Part shown: positions 26,110-37,007 of the stretch, one piece after another
Numbering within the stretch: the stretch's first letter is position 1
How the letters are laid out: every line of letters begins with the position of its first letter
Source of the DNA: a virus
Lineage: Duplodnaviria > Caudoviricetes
Direction: 5' to 3' (one strand)
DNA length: 61,907 bases
Virus record (IMG/VR): IMGVR_UViG_3300023184_000128
Location: 1 to 61,907 of that record
Program-made: the position numbers and the translations under genes
The notes under the pieces: model-generated
The model's database searches: none
What the model was told of the DNA's origin: nothing
What the model saw: the letters and a program-made list of their open reading frames with translations, nothing else

Positions 26110-27748
26110 TTTGTTTCTCCTGTAAATATTTAAAGTAATCTTCCCCTATTGGATAGTTGTACTTATGATCAGAACTTAATAAATGTAATGAACATTTAGC
26201 TCTTGTCACTGCAACATAAACTACTCTTTTTTCGTCCATTTTTTCCTGTACTGTTTTGTTTTGATATTGAGAAGCATAATCAGCTTTGAAATAGACTAAA
26301 ACATTATCAGCTTCTCCTCCTTTTACAGAATGTACAGTATCTATAATCATATTAGGCTCTTTGCTTAATTGATCTTCTCCGTACTTCTCTAATAGAATAT
26401 TTATATAAGTTACTTCTGTGGGTGTGATATTTCTTTTTAAAACATGAAACCATTCTTGTCCTACAAGTTCATCTTTTATAGTTAAACCGCACCATGCTTT
26501 TAAATCTTCAAAAGAATATTCATTAAATTTATCTTGTTCATCCCAAAATTCTTTCTTTCTATATAATTCTTTAGCTAGATATCTAGTGTATTTATAAAAG
26601 TTTTGTGCTTCTTCTTTATTTATCTTTTCTCCATTACATAATCTTTTCCAAGTTTTAATAGCTTTCCATTTGTTATTTGTAAAAGATTTATTACCTTTGT
26701 TATCCATAAAGTATAAACCTTTATTCTTTGCCATCATTCTAAGTTCATTAACAGTTGCACTAATTCTTCCTAATAAATACCAACTTCCTTTATATTCATC
26801 AAAATCAACATCAAAAAATGATCTGTAGGCTTTTACACTATCTTTAATATCAGGGTTTGGTAGATATTCTTTTTCTTCACTATCTATAATGGACTTTCTT
26901 ATTACTTGAGAAAATTTATATATCTCTTTTCCAAAACGTCTTGTTTGAGATAAAACTCTTTTTTCTCCTGGAAAATACTTTGTAAAATATCTATGATCTG
27001 ATCCATTCCATCTATAAATAGCTTGGTCATCATCTCCTGCTAAATATACTTTATTTGCATTTTGAGCCATCTTATAAACTACTGACCATTGTAATGGTGT
27101 AAAATCTTGTGCTTCATCTAATATTAAAACTTCTAATGGTGGAAAATTAACTTCATCAATGGAACGTTCAATCATATCGGTGAAGTCCATGTATTTAGTT
27201 TCTCCTTCTTTTTTATATGCATTATAAGCATCAATTTTTCTTAATAGTAAATGTAAAGATTCTCTTTTATAGGTCTCATTACGATAAACTTCTTCAACAG
27301 GCTGCATCATATTTCTAGCTTTATCATAAATATGTAATGACCAATCTTTATAAACAAATGAATCATCGTCTAATCTAGAATCAGAACTTTTTATAATTTT
27401 ACTTTCTAAAGCAAAATCAATCATACATCTTTGTGGATCAAAGACTTCTTGAGTAAAGTATTTCTTACAATACTTATGTAACGTTTTAAATCTTTGAAAA
27501 TCTTTCATACTATATTGTGGAAATGTTTTTAAAACTCTATCTATTGCTGTGTTAACAGCTTTATTTGTAAAAGATATGAAAGCTATATCTTGTGGCAAAA
27601 TACCTTCAGCTAAATGTTTAGTAAGTATTTCTTGAACTAATGTATTAGTTTTTCCAGTTCCTGGCGGCCCATAAAACTTAATAGTTTTACTTCTAATACT
27701 ATTAGATCTGTTTAGGTTCTCTAAATTGTTGTGCATGATATTCATCAT
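26102..27748 (-). CDS. Superfamily 1 (UvrD-like) helicase
   Basis: GPPGTGKT, DEAQD, GDDDQAIY, T.H..KG.E, YVAVTRA. Confidence 0.93.
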   Translation of the reverse strand: MMNIMHNNLENLNRSNSIRSKTIKFYGPPGTGKTNTLVQEILTKHLAEGILPQDIAFISFTNKAVNTAIDRVLKTFPQYSMKDFQRFKTLHKYCKKYFTQEVFDPQRCMIDFALESKIIKSSDSRLDDDSFVYKDWSLHIYDKARNMMQPVEEVYRNETYKRESLHLLLRKIDAYNAYKKEGETKYMDFTDMIERSIDEVNFPPLEVLILDEAQDFTPLQWSVVYKMAQNANKVYLAGDDDQAIYRWNGSDHRYFTKYFPGEKRVLSQTRRFGKEIYKFSQVIRKSIIDSEEKEYLPNPDIKDSVKAYRSFFDVDFDEYKGSWYLLGRISATVNELRMMAKNKGLYFMDNKGNKSFTNNKWKAIKTWKRLCNGEKINKEEAQNFYKYTRYLAKELYRKKEFWDEQDKFNEYSFEDLKAWCGLTIKDELVGQEWFHVLKRNITPTEVTYINILLEKYGEDQLSKEPNMIIDTVHSVKGGEADNVLVYFKADYASQYQNKTVQEKMDEKRVVYVAVTRAKCSLHLLSSDHKYNYPIGEDYFKYLQEKQND

Positions 27749-29291
27749 CTAGTTCAGTTAATGTAGCTTGTTTTGTTGATTCTTTTTTAGTTTCTGTTTC
27801 TTTTTTGCTTTTAAAATCTGGTAATTCCATCTTCCATAAGTTTTTTTGATTTTTGTGATAATCTATTTTTACACACTGCATTGCTTGTAATGCTTCTTGT
27901 GAGTTTGCGAATAATTTATTTGATGATCTCTTAACAAATTCATCTAATGTACTTTTCTTAAAATATATAAAATCTTTATTATCTATTTCTTCTCTAACCA
28001 AATAATTATTTTTAAGTTGATCAAAGTCATCTACTATTAAATGTGTTTCAAAGAATTTCTTTTTAAATGAGAATACAGTATCTTCTAATGTATCTTCATA
28101 TTTAGCATCTGTATTTTCTTTAGCTTTATCAAATAAACCTTGAACTAACATTTCAAAAGGATTAGGTCCTTTTTTAGGTTTAGGTAATGTCATCCAATTT
28201 ATAGAATAGATTAACATCTTTTTTCTAAATGATTTTTCGTCAATTAAATCATCATCGGTTTTAAATATCATATTTGTTCCTTTATATTTAAATTCAATAA
28301 AAGTTTCTTTTACATTTCTTGTAACAACTACATCTTCAAATTCATCTATGATATCTGGAACCTGACAACCGATTCCAAGTTTTCTCATTTGGCATAATTG
28401 TTTATTACAAATAGGTATCATATGAGGATATCTTGGTGGGCATTTATAGTTATAACTTTTCTTTGCAGTTGATTTAGCAACACTACCTAATATTTCTTTT
28501 TCAGTTAAAGGTTTAGTAAATATTGCCTGATTTCTTTCTAATAAGGTACTTACTAAAGTTTTTTTATCTATATTGCCGTCTGATTTTTTCATTTCAAGAA
28601 CAGCCATATTAAACATAATGTCGTTTCTATTATCTCCAGCCCATTTATCTGTAAGTAAATTTTGTATACACGGTGGATATTCGTTCCAATCTAATTCTGG
28701 TTCATATTTTTTAGTTTTAAAATTTATTAAATCATCAAATGATAATCTTTTTTTAAATGCTAATTCTATAAATTGTTCTAAATCTAATCCTTCTCCTCTA
28801 TCGTCATATGCATATTCAACTGTTCTTGCCTCTTTGTGATAAGGCATTCCTAAATGTTTATTACGAGGAAATACTTCTTTTGCTAAAAAATAACTTTCAT
28901 TCCATTTATCTAAAATTTCTCTAACTTTTTTTTCATCAGACCAATCTGTTAAAAATAAAATTAAATGTAGTCCCCCTGATTTTGATCTAAGAGGTACAAG
29001 TGGAAGACTATTTTGTTTAATAATTTCTATAAATTTCTTTGCATTAAAATCTTTATAACTACCAGGGTCCATATCAATACAACCCCATTTTGTTTTACCA
29101 TTTATTTCTGGTTTAATTCCAATAATAGTTTCTCCGTCTAAATGTTTTTTCCAAAGCTCCGCCGTTACTGGCTTATAGACAGTTACATATTTAGCTTGCC
29201 TCTTACCTCGCTCATCAAGGTCACCCGTTAAGGTGACCTCAATGTGCTGATTAGAATCGCCTTCAAACAGTTCTAATAGCTTTGTTTCCAT
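27702..29291 (-). CDS. AEP-type primase with helical C-terminal domain
   Basis: HLDG..GI.P..WGCIDMD..RSKSGGLH; PPCI..RN; Cys cluster. Confidence 0.8.
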   Translation of the reverse strand: METKLLELFEGDSNQHIEVTLTGDLDERGKRQAKYVTVYKPVTAELWKKHLDGETIIGIKPEINGKTKWGCIDMDPGSYKDFNAKKFIEIIKQNSLPLVPLRSKSGGLHLILFLTDWSDEKKVREILDKWNESYFLAKEVFPRNKHLGMPYHKEARTVEYAYDDRGEGLDLEQFIELAFKKRLSFDDLINFKTKKYEPELDWNEYPPCIQNLLTDKWAGDNRNDIMFNMAVLEMKKSDGNIDKKTLVSTLLERNQAIFTKPLTEKEILGSVAKSTAKKSYNYKCPPRYPHMIPICNKQLCQMRKLGIGCQVPDIIDEFEDVVVTRNVKETFIEFKYKGTNMIFKTDDDLIDEKSFRKKMLIYSINWMTLPKPKKGPNPFEMLVQGLFDKAKENTDAKYEDTLEDTVFSFKKKFFETHLIVDDFDQLKNNYLVREEIDNKDFIYFKKSTLDEFVKRSSNKLFANSQEALQAMQCVKIDYHKNQKNLWKMELPDFKSKKETETKKESTKQATLTELDDEYHAQQFREPKQI

Positions 29292-30124
29292 TAGAACGGA
29301 ACTGATTCTGAGTCTTGTTTAATTTGTTGAGATTCTTCTTTGCCAAAATCAACTTTACCAAAGATATCTGACTTCATAGCACTTTCATAAAATGCTTTAG
29401 TCATCTCTAACACTTTAGCATACTTTGGATCATTCAAGTATTTATCAAACTCTACAATCCAACCATACCAACTGTTACCAGAATTAGATTCTTTAGTTGT
29501 GGTTAATTTATAAGCAGTTGCCCATGATGGCGGACAAAAGAAACCTTTCTTGCCTTGTAGTCTTCTACTTTGAATCATAGAATTCCAAGTTTTAGATTTT
29601 TTCTTTTGAGTAGACTTCATAGCAATCAATGCTGTTTCAACTGGATTATAATCTTTATCCAATATGTAAACGAAATGATTACCAGTGTCTTCTATATAAT
29701 TACCATTTGGTAATCTATCCTTATTGTCATCTCCTCTAGTAGTTTGTGACATAACAGACGGATCTGTATGTATTCCTACTGGACGACCTGGACTATCTCC
29801 TCTATCTTTCCATTCATTAAATGTATTGATGTACAGACAAGGAACAACAATTACACCTTCTTTACCTTTATAAAGGCTTCCTGTTGTTTCATTATAAATG
29901 TCTCCTTGTTTTGCACTTTCAATATATTTTCCATCACTTTCATCTAATACTTTAGAATTAGCGTATAAGATTTTAAGTATTGGAAGTTTTGTATCACGTG
30001 CTGTGACATACTCCGAACCCTGACCTGATGCTGATTCTAAATCTAACATCGCTGGCAGTGGAGCTTCTTTCTTAACTGCAACCTCAGCTTTTGCTGAAGC
30101 ATTTTTCGCTTGTGCTTGTACCAT
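29291..30124 (-). CDS. Putative ssDNA-binding protein
   Basis: Replication module; MKSTQ.K.S..WNS; acidic C-terminal ..SESVPF tail. Confidence 0.6.
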   Translation of the reverse strand: MVQAQAKNASAKAEVAVKKEAPLPAMLDLESASGQGSEYVTARDTKLPILKILYANSKVLDESDGKYIESAKQGDIYNETTGSLYKGKEGVIVVPCLYINTFNEWKDRGDSPGRPVGIHTDPSVMSQTTRGDDNKDRLPNGNYIEDTGNHFVYILDKDYNPVETALIAMKSTQKKKSKTWNSMIQSRRLQGKKGFFCPPSWATAYKLTTTKESNSGNSWYGWIVEFDKYLNDPKYAKVLEMTKAFYESAMKSDIFGKVDFGKEESQQIKQDSESVPF

Positions 30125-30126
30125 GA

Positions 30127-30669
30127 TTACTCCTTCGTGGTTATTTTTGTTTTGTTTGCAACGTAAACGCCGAATATATCGGAAGGAACGTTCTTTCCTT
30201 GTTGGATTTGTTCTTTAACAAATGCCTTCAAGGTCATTGGTTCTACCTTTTCGGTCTGGTTCACATTATGCCCTTTTTTTCGTAAATCCGCAACTACGTT
30301 TTTAGCTACGTCATCTTCATTACGACCAAAAGTTAATGTTACGTTGTTCTTAATTAAATCCCCAAAACCATTTTGACGAAGCCATTCAAATGCTTCCTCA
30401 GTTTTAGTAGAGGGAATTCTTGCAGAATAAAATGGCTTAACTTCAACTGACGATCCGTCAGCAAGTTTAAGCAATGATATACCTGCTTGTTGCATTAAGT
30501 TTGGAATTGTCTGTTCGGAAAGCAATGATTCAGCTTCTTGTAACTTCTTTAATTGTTCTTCAGTTGCTGTTATTTGTTTCTGAACGTCCAATAACTTATT
30601 GCAAGATTTAGCAATGTCCGAAGACATTGCAGTATCAACTCGTATGGTTGATTCTGCTTCTAAGTCCAT
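30127..30669 (-). CDS. Conserved replication-module protein
   Basis: AF.WLR.NG.GDLIK..V.P.TLKAFV.E. Confidence 0.7.
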   Translation of the reverse strand: MDLEAESTIRVDTAMSSDIAKSCNKLLDVQKQITATEEQLKKLQEAESLLSEQTIPNLMQQAGISLLKLADGSSVEVKPFYSARIPSTKTEEAFEWLRQNGFGDLIKNNVTLTFGRNEDDVAKNVVADLRKKGHNVNQTEKVEPMTLKAFVKEQIQQGKNVPSDIFGVYVANKTKITTKE

Positions 30670-30768
30670 AAGACCTCCTTGGCAAAGCTGTTTATTTTAT
30701 TTGTTTGACAATGTAAAGCAAAAAATGTAAAAAAGATTAAATACTTTTAAAGTATGGAATGACGAAAC

Positions 30769-32187
30769 ATGGACAAGAAAAAATATACATATAAAACAAT
30801 ACCTTACGAGCATCAACGTAATGCTTTAATTAAAGGTGCTAAAGAATTAAATTTTGCATATTTCTTAGAGATGGGGACTGGCAAAACAAAAGTTGCCATA
30901 GATAATATAGCTTATTTATACCAAGAAAAATTAATTACTACTGCAATAGTTATTGCACCTAATTCTGTTTATAAAAACTGGATAAAAGAAATTGAAACAC
31001 ATTCTCCAGTAACTGATTATACAATGTTTGTTTGGAAAGATGATAATGAAATTAATTATCAAGCTGATAAATTAAATTATGTATTAATGAATGTAGAAGC
31101 TTTATCTCATAAAAATGGATTTGATTTTTTAACTAAACTTGTAATTAATACAGGTCAAAAAGCTATAATGATTGTAGATGAAAGTACTACAATTAAAAAT
31201 GATAAAGCAAAACGATCTAAAAATATTTGTAAATTATCTCCACATGTTAAATATAAAAGAATACTAACGGGCTCACCAGTGACCAAATCACCATTAGACT
31301 TATATCAACAATGTGCTTTCTTGTCTAAAGACTTACTTGGATATCCTTCTTTTGTAGCATTTAGAGCTAGATATGCAGTAATGAAACAAATTAATATGGG
31401 GCCAAATAGAGTTGTACTTATTCCACAATATTATACGAACTTAGATGAACTAGAAGCAAAGATTAAAAAGTTTTCTTTTAGAGTTAGAAAAGTAGATTGT
31501 TTAGATTTACCAAAAAAAATTTATCAACAACGATATGTAAATTTAACTAAAGAACAAATTAAAGTTTATGAAGATTTAAGAAAATATGCAAGATCTATTA
31601 TTGAAGATAAAGAAGTTAGCTTTGCAAATAAACTTACAGAGATATTAAAACTACATCAAGTTTGTAATGGATATTTAAAAACAGATGACGGAGAAATAGT
31701 TCCATTTGATAATGATCCTAAACTAGAAGAACTATTAAGTATTATAGAAGAATCAGATGGTAAATTTATTATCTGGGCTAATTATATCCATAACATTAAA
31801 ACAATCGTTAAAACTTTAAGAAAAGAATATGGAGATGAAAGTGTTGTATCTATTTATGGAGAAATAACTACAGAGAACAGAAAAAAAGCTGTAGAAGAAT
31901 TTCAAGGTAATGATAAAGTTAGATTCTTTGTTGGCAATCCAAGTACAGGAGGATATGGATTAACTTTAACTGCTGCAAGTTATGTAGTTTATTATTCTAA
32001 TAATTATAATTTAGAAGTTAGAGAACAATCAGAAGATAGAGCACATCGTATCGGACAAACAAAAAGTGTAACTTATATAGATTTAATTATAGATAAAACA
32101 ATTGATAGTCATATTATCTCTGCATTAAAACGTAAGATTAAAATATCTGCCGAGACGATGGGTGAAGAAATTAAAAATTGGATTTAA
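30769..32187 (+). CDS. SNF2-like DEAD/H helicase
   Basis: EMGTGKT, DEST, LTGSP, G.GLTL, QSEDRAHRIGQ. Confidence 0.93.
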   Translation: MDKKKYTYKTIPYEHQRNALIKGAKELNFAYFLEMGTGKTKVAIDNIAYLYQEKLITTAIVIAPNSVYKNWIKEIETHSPVTDYTMFVWKDDNEINYQADKLNYVLMNVEALSHKNGFDFLTKLVINTGQKAIMIVDESTTIKNDKAKRSKNICKLSPHVKYKRILTGSPVTKSPLDLYQQCAFLSKDLLGYPSFVAFRARYAVMKQINMGPNRVVLIPQYYTNLDELEAKIKKFSFRVRKVDCLDLPKKIYQQRYVNLTKEQIKVYEDLRKYARSIIEDKEVSFANKLTEILKLHQVCNGYLKTDDGEIVPFDNDPKLEELLSIIEESDGKFIIWANYIHNIKTIVKTLRKEYGDESVVSIYGEITTENRKKAVEEFQGNDKVRFFVGNPSTGGYGLTLTAASYVVYYSNNYNLEVREQSEDRAHRIGQTKSVTYIDLIIDKTIDSHIISALKRKIKISAETMGEEIKNWI

Positions 32188-32594
32188 TTATTTGATTTAA
32201 CAAAACCAATAGTATGCAGTTCTTTTAAATCATGTTCTCTATCTAAGAATTTATATTCTATTTTGTGTACTATAAAATCTTTATCTATTTTTTTACAAAT
32301 AGTTTCTGGATCAAACTCTCCACAACTGTAAACATCAAATTGCATTAGTGCTGGATGAACTTCATCCCAAATATGCATTACGATGTGGGATGTTTCAATT
32401 ATTGCTGCTCCAGTAATTCCTCTGTTGCCTTCCATGTTAGAATATTTAACATAAGGCCCCATCATTACTTTCATTCCAATTTGTTCTATGAATTCATTTA
32501 ACCAACGCCTAAGAAACTCCTCGTCCATCGGTGGCCGATAGACTTCTGCTCTCACTATTAAATGTTTATGAACTAATAATTTATTTTCATTCAT
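32184..32594 (-). CDS. speD: Pyruvoyl-dependent AdoMetDC/SpeD-like decarboxylase (start MNENK)
   Basis: HLI, G.TG..IIETSH..H.W.E, DVYSCG. Confidence 0.8.
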   Translation of the reverse strand: MNENKLLVHKHLIVRAEVYRPPMDEEFLRRWLNEFIEQIGMKVMMGPYVKYSNMEGNRGITGAAIIETSHIVMHIWDEVHPALMQFDVYSCGEFDPETICKKIDKDFIVHKIEYKFLDREHDLKELHTIGFVKSNN

Positions 32595-33306
32595 TAACTG
32601 ACATTGTATAAAACTTTTCGACTCTGTCAAACCACTTGGACTCATATTCTGATAATTTTATTTTATCCATTTTGAACTCTTGGTACTTGCCATCCTTAGT
32701 ACAAATAGCGATAATACCCTGTTCAATTGGTCCATAATTTTTTTTATGAGCAATAGAGTAAGCTGCAACTTGATAGAAGTAGTCTTCAATCCATTCTTCT
32801 TTTTTTAATTTGTTAGCTTGTTTAAAGTCTATAATTGTATCTTTACCATCATACTTACCCACAAGATCGGTTGATCCTGCCCATTTAGATTCATATTGAA
32901 GATTTATTTCATTACCATAGACTTCTTTTAAAGGTTCTAGGTTATCTATGATCTTATGTGCCATGAGCCGTGATTGTGCCCCATCAGAGCTTAAATTAAG
33001 ATATCCTATGCCATTTATGTAGTTCTCTAGCACATAATGCATTTCGGTGCCTCTAGAGGCCGCTTTGGTGGTTATAGCCTGTGCTTCTTGGTACCCAACA
33101 CGTTCTCTCCAAGCATCTAAGGCTGCTTTTTTATCTTTAGAAGCTGTTTTAGCTAATATGGTCGTAACGGATGGAACTTTAGTTTCTCCGACTAAATAGG
33201 TCCGTGGGCCGTGGTCATCGTCTCTTGTATATCGGACATAAGGATACTTATCTATTCTTTTAAAGTCAGTAACTATGAAGCTGGAATCTTGTCGGATTAA
33301 TTTCAT
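32587..33306 (-). CDS. PD-(D/E)xK exonuclease
   Basis: PSVTTIL, RGT.MH, AGSTDL..IIDFK, Q..AY. Confidence 0.85.
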   Translation of the reverse strand: MKLIRQDSSFIVTDFKRIDKYPYVRYTRDDDHGPRTYLVGETKVPSVTTILAKTASKDKKAALDAWRERVGYQEAQAITTKAASRGTEMHYVLENYINGIGYLNLSSDGAQSRLMAHKIIDNLEPLKEVYGNEINLQYESKWAGSTDLVGKYDGKDTIIDFKQANKLKKEEWIEDYFYQVAAYSIAHKKNYGPIEQGIIAICTKDGKYQEFKMDKIKLSEYESKWFDRVEKFYTMSVNE

Positions 33307-33343
33307 AGTTCTTATTAAATTAACTATGAAGAATGGTCAATGA

Positions 33344-33574
33344 TTATTTAACAAACTTAAATGCTATAACTATTAATGTAAGGATCAAGGCTCCCATACC
33401 ACCAATCATAGACCAAAGGATCTTATCTACTTTCTTTTCAATCTTATAAATAGCACAACTCATATGTTTTAAGTGATTATTTTTAATTATAGAAATATCT
33501 TTTTTTAAGTTATCTACTCTATGGTATAAATCTATCATATGATCTTCTAATCGTGATTTTATAATTCTTTTCAT
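33344..33574 (-). CDS. Small coiled-coil protein with C-terminal TM
   Basis: IKNNHLKH followed by a hydrophobic tail. Confidence 0.65.
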   Translation of the reverse strand: MKRIIKSRLEDHMIDLYHRVDNLKKDISIIKNNHLKHMSCAIYKIEKKVDKILWSMIGGMGALILTLIVIAFKFVK

Positions 33575-35922
33575 CCTTGTCTCGCAATTTGCTGACCTGT
33601 TACATCAAATGGAAATAATCCAGCATATTGTTGTGCTTTATCCATTGGTTGTGCTGTTGGTGTAACTCCTGTTGTCATTGGAGTTCCTGGTGTATTAGCT
33701 GCAAATATATTTGCAGGCGGTGAGGTTGGTGTTACTGGAGCTTCTGATCTTGGACTTGTTTGTACTGGAGCTGGCGTTACAGGTGCTGGAGTAGGTTTTA
33801 CTTTTCCAGATTTTAAACCTTTAGCTTCAGAAGTAACAAAGTCTGTTTCTTCTATAACTCTTTTTGCTTCATCTCTATCAATAATTCCTTCATCACCTAA
33901 ATGAGCAACAAATTGTTTAAAAGCACTTCCTTTTATTGTTGGGTCTGTAGCTTTTATTGTTTTAGTTAAATATTCTACTGCTTTTGGACTTGTTAACATC
34001 CATCCTATTGCTCTTGGTGAAGCTAATACAAGAGAAGCCCCTATTAAACCTTTTCCTGTTTCACCTTGATATGCCCCTAATGTAAGTACTGCTCCAGCAG
34101 CAGTTGCAACTTTAGCTGTAGCTCCAGCCTGTTCAAATTGAAAATACATTGCACCAGGTCTTGGGCCAGCATCTCTTACTAATTTACCTTGTGAAAATTT
34201 AAGTGCATTTTGTAATTCTTGTAAACGAGCATATTCTTGTTTTGTAAATAATTCTTTTGCAATATCTTCATATTTTCCAGGTTTAGCTCCTGTAGCATTA
34301 GATCCTATTAAAGCTTCTAATTTATTTGCATTTACTCTATTATATTGTCCGATAGCTTCAGTAGAATCTCCTATAGCTTTTTTTAATAACTCACCTTTTA
34401 ATCCTAATTTTAATTGTTCAGCTTCTGCTTTTAATGCTGGAGTAGTTGCTCTTTTATCAATAATTTTAAGAGCCTCTTGCATAGGAACTACTTCTCCTCC
34501 GCTTCTTACAAGTTCTTTAAATACTAAATCAGGTCTTTTTTCTACAAGTTTTGTAATAATTGTATTATTAAAATCTTCTAATCCTTCTCTGTAAAACCTA
34601 TTAGCTTCAAAAAATGCTGCTTTTGCTTCTGGAGAAACTGCTGCATTTTCTAATAAACCAGTTATTTCTTTTTCTAAAATATTATATTCTTTTGTAAAAG
34701 AAGCTATATTTTTAGTATTAGTTGTATTAGCAGATCTTCCTAATTGTAATAATTTTTGTCTATATTGGTTTATTAAAGAAAAATCTGCATTGTAAGGAAG
34801 AGTTTTTTGAAACTCTAATAATTCTAAAGCAGCTTTATCTTGAGATCCTCCTGCTACTTTTTTAAGATCATTTATTCTTGCATCTAATAAATCATGATAA
34901 GGTTTAGTATCAATTAAAGGAGATTTACTAGATATAACCACTCCTGTTTTAGGATCTTTAACTATTCCTAATAATTCATCTACATTTTTATATTTAGCAT
35001 CAACAATTGCATCAAATGCGTTTCTTTGTTTAGCTAAAGATTCTTGTACTAATTTACCAGTAGCTAATTTATTATCTGTTATTACAAATTGATTAACAAA
35101 ATCATCTATTCCTGATTTTGCAATTGTTTCAGCCCCTTCTATTGTTTTTCTTAATCCGCTTGATCCAAATATACCTGATTTAACAATACTTTGTAATTGA
35201 TCTAAAAATTCACTATCTGTTGCTATTCCTGGAGTAAGAAATCCTTTTTTAGCTGCTTCATCTAATGCTATTCTATCTACTTCGTCTGTAAATGCTGCTT
35301 TTCCAGTTTTAATAATTTCTCTTTGTTCTTCTATTGTTTTAATAGCATCATCAGCACCTTTTAATAATTTAAAACCAGGGGCTACAACTTTTTCTACAGC
35401 TTTTACTGCTAATCCTCCAATTCCTTCTCCAGCAGCATTTTCAAAAGAGGCTCTTACAATTTCTTTTACCATATCATCTTTTGGATCTATGGGTTGAGCA
35501 GCTATAGATCCTATGGCTCCACCAGCTCCAGCACCTGCACTTCTAATTGCTAATTGTCTTAAAAAAGGTTGAGCTACTGTTGCAACTCTAGCTACAGTTA
35601 AAGGAGCTGTTGCTCCTCCAGTAAATGCTGCTCCAGCAACACCTCCACCTATCTCTAATACTAGTCTTGCAAATTCAGGTGACGTTACAAAATCTGCAAC
35701 TGCTTTATCTATATCAGATCCAGCACCAACCATTTCTCCAGTTAATTCTTTATCTGATACGTAAGTTTCGCCTGTAGATTGTTGATATGCATATGCATCT
35801 GCATTTGTTTTTTCTGATTTCTTAGCTTCAGCTGCTTTTAAAATAATACGTGCTTCTTCAGGAGTAGGTTGATCTCCTTTTATTTGAACAGCACCGATAC
35901 CTTCAACATTTATAGTACCCAT
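33571..35922 (-). CDS. Large internal virion/ejection protein
   Basis: 783 aa, Ala/Gly-rich amphipathic segments; last gene of tail/ejection block; ends LFPFD. Confidence 0.65.
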   Translation of the reverse strand: MGTINVEGIGAVQIKGDQPTPEEARIILKAAEAKKSEKTNADAYAYQQSTGETYVSDKELTGEMVGAGSDIDKAVADFVTSPEFARLVLEIGGGVAGAAFTGGATAPLTVARVATVAQPFLRQLAIRSAGAGAGGAIGSIAAQPIDPKDDMVKEIVRASFENAAGEGIGGLAVKAVEKVVAPGFKLLKGADDAIKTIEEQREIIKTGKAAFTDEVDRIALDEAAKKGFLTPGIATDSEFLDQLQSIVKSGIFGSSGLRKTIEGAETIAKSGIDDFVNQFVITDNKLATGKLVQESLAKQRNAFDAIVDAKYKNVDELLGIVKDPKTGVVISSKSPLIDTKPYHDLLDARINDLKKVAGGSQDKAALELLEFQKTLPYNADFSLINQYRQKLLQLGRSANTTNTKNIASFTKEYNILEKEITGLLENAAVSPEAKAAFFEANRFYREGLEDFNNTIITKLVEKRPDLVFKELVRSGGEVVPMQEALKIIDKRATTPALKAEAEQLKLGLKGELLKKAIGDSTEAIGQYNRVNANKLEALIGSNATGAKPGKYEDIAKELFTKQEYARLQELQNALKFSQGKLVRDAGPRPGAMYFQFEQAGATAKVATAAGAVLTLGAYQGETGKGLIGASLVLASPRAIGWMLTSPKAVEYLTKTIKATDPTIKGSAFKQFVAHLGDEGIIDRDEAKRVIEETDFVTSEAKGLKSGKVKPTPAPVTPAPVQTSPRSEAPVTPTSPPANIFAANTPGTPMTTGVTPTAQPMDKAQQYAGLFPFDVTGQQIARQG

Positions 35923-35924
35923 GA

Positions 35925-37007
35925 CTATTCTCCAATCATTTTTTTAAGTTCGTCTACTGAATAAACTTTTTGTTTAGATTGTTCTTCTTTAGGAGCTGGC
36001 TTATTATATCTTTTTTCAGAAGATTTAGCTTGTTCTTTAGGAGCAAGCGACAATGGAGTTGTTTTATATTTTTGTTTAATAGTTGAACCATCAGGTGTTT
36101 GAAATATATAATAACTATCTACTACTGGATTACCTTTTTCATCTAAAACTTTTTCTGATGTAAAAGTAGTTAACTTAGTTCCTTTAGGAGCATTTATTTC
36201 ATTACCTTCTTTATCTTTTATTTTTTTAGGTCTTAAATCAGAATCAATAAATATATTTTCTTGTTCTACACCTTTCTTTTTAGCAATATCTGCTATTGAA
36301 TCTCTATAAGAATCTAAAGCAGCTTGTTGTGTTTGAAAACCATTAATTGCACCTTCTGTAAATTGTCTTCGTTGGTCTGGAGTTAATCTTTCTCCTTTTA
36401 AAATTTTATTATGTATAGCTATTAAACCTTGTGGTGCACCTCTTGATTGTTCAACAGTTGCAAACTCTCCTTCTCTTACAGTAGATCCTGGATCTAATAT
36501 TTTAAGAAATCCAAATATAACTCCATAATCTCCAGCTGCATCATCTCTAGAAGCACCTTCTATAACTTTATTAATGTTTGTTTGACTTTCATTAAAAGAT
36601 TTTACAATAGGGCTATTTGAATACATTGTTCTAAATTCTTTTTCATCTTCTCTCAGTAATTTACCAGGTTCACCTTTAATTTTTTCTAGTTTAGCTAATT
36701 GATCTAATCTTTCATTTTCAGCTTTATCTATATCTAATCTAGTCTTAACAACTTGTGGTAAAGCAGCTCCAATATTAGAAGCAACAGCACCTAATTGAGA
36801 TTGTCCTGGTTGTCTAGTTCCTGTTAATAATTGTGATGCAAGAGGAGCCAATAACATTGCTGTTTTTTCTCCTTCACTTAATCCACCTTCATAGAAATGT
36901 TTTGCTCTTAAAGAAGCAAGCCCACCTTCTTTAAAACGAGATACTTCTTTATTTACTGTTTGTAAATATTTATCTCTAAATAATTTTCTTGTTAATACTT
37001 TATCCAT
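35925..37007 (-). CDS. Internal virion/ejection protein
   Basis: N-terminal RKLFR..FKEGG..FYEGG; LDPGSTVREGEF. Confidence 0.6.
   Translation of the reverse strand: MDKVLTRKLFRDKYLQTVNKEVSRFKEGGLASLRAKHFYEGGLSEGEKTAMLLAPLASQLLTGTRQPGQSQLGAVASNIGAALPQVVKTRLDIDKAENERLDQLAKLEKIKGEPGKLLREDEKEFRTMYSNSPIVKSFNESQTNINKVIEGASRDDAAGDYGVIFGFLKILDPGSTVREGEFATVEQSRGAPQGLIAIHNKILKGERLTPDQRRQFTEGAINGFQTQQAALDSYRDSIADIAKKKGVEQENIFIDSDLRPKKIKDKEGNEINAPKGTKLTTFTSEKVLDEKGNPVVDSYYIFQTPDGSTIKQKYKTTPLSLAPKEQAKSSEKRYNKPAPKEEQSKQKVYSVDELKKMIGE

Noticed and set aside
32587-33306. Cas4/CRISPR-associated role for the exonuclease
   Set aside because: Lacks the four-Cys Fe-S pattern; ordinary phage PD-(D/E)xK exonuclease
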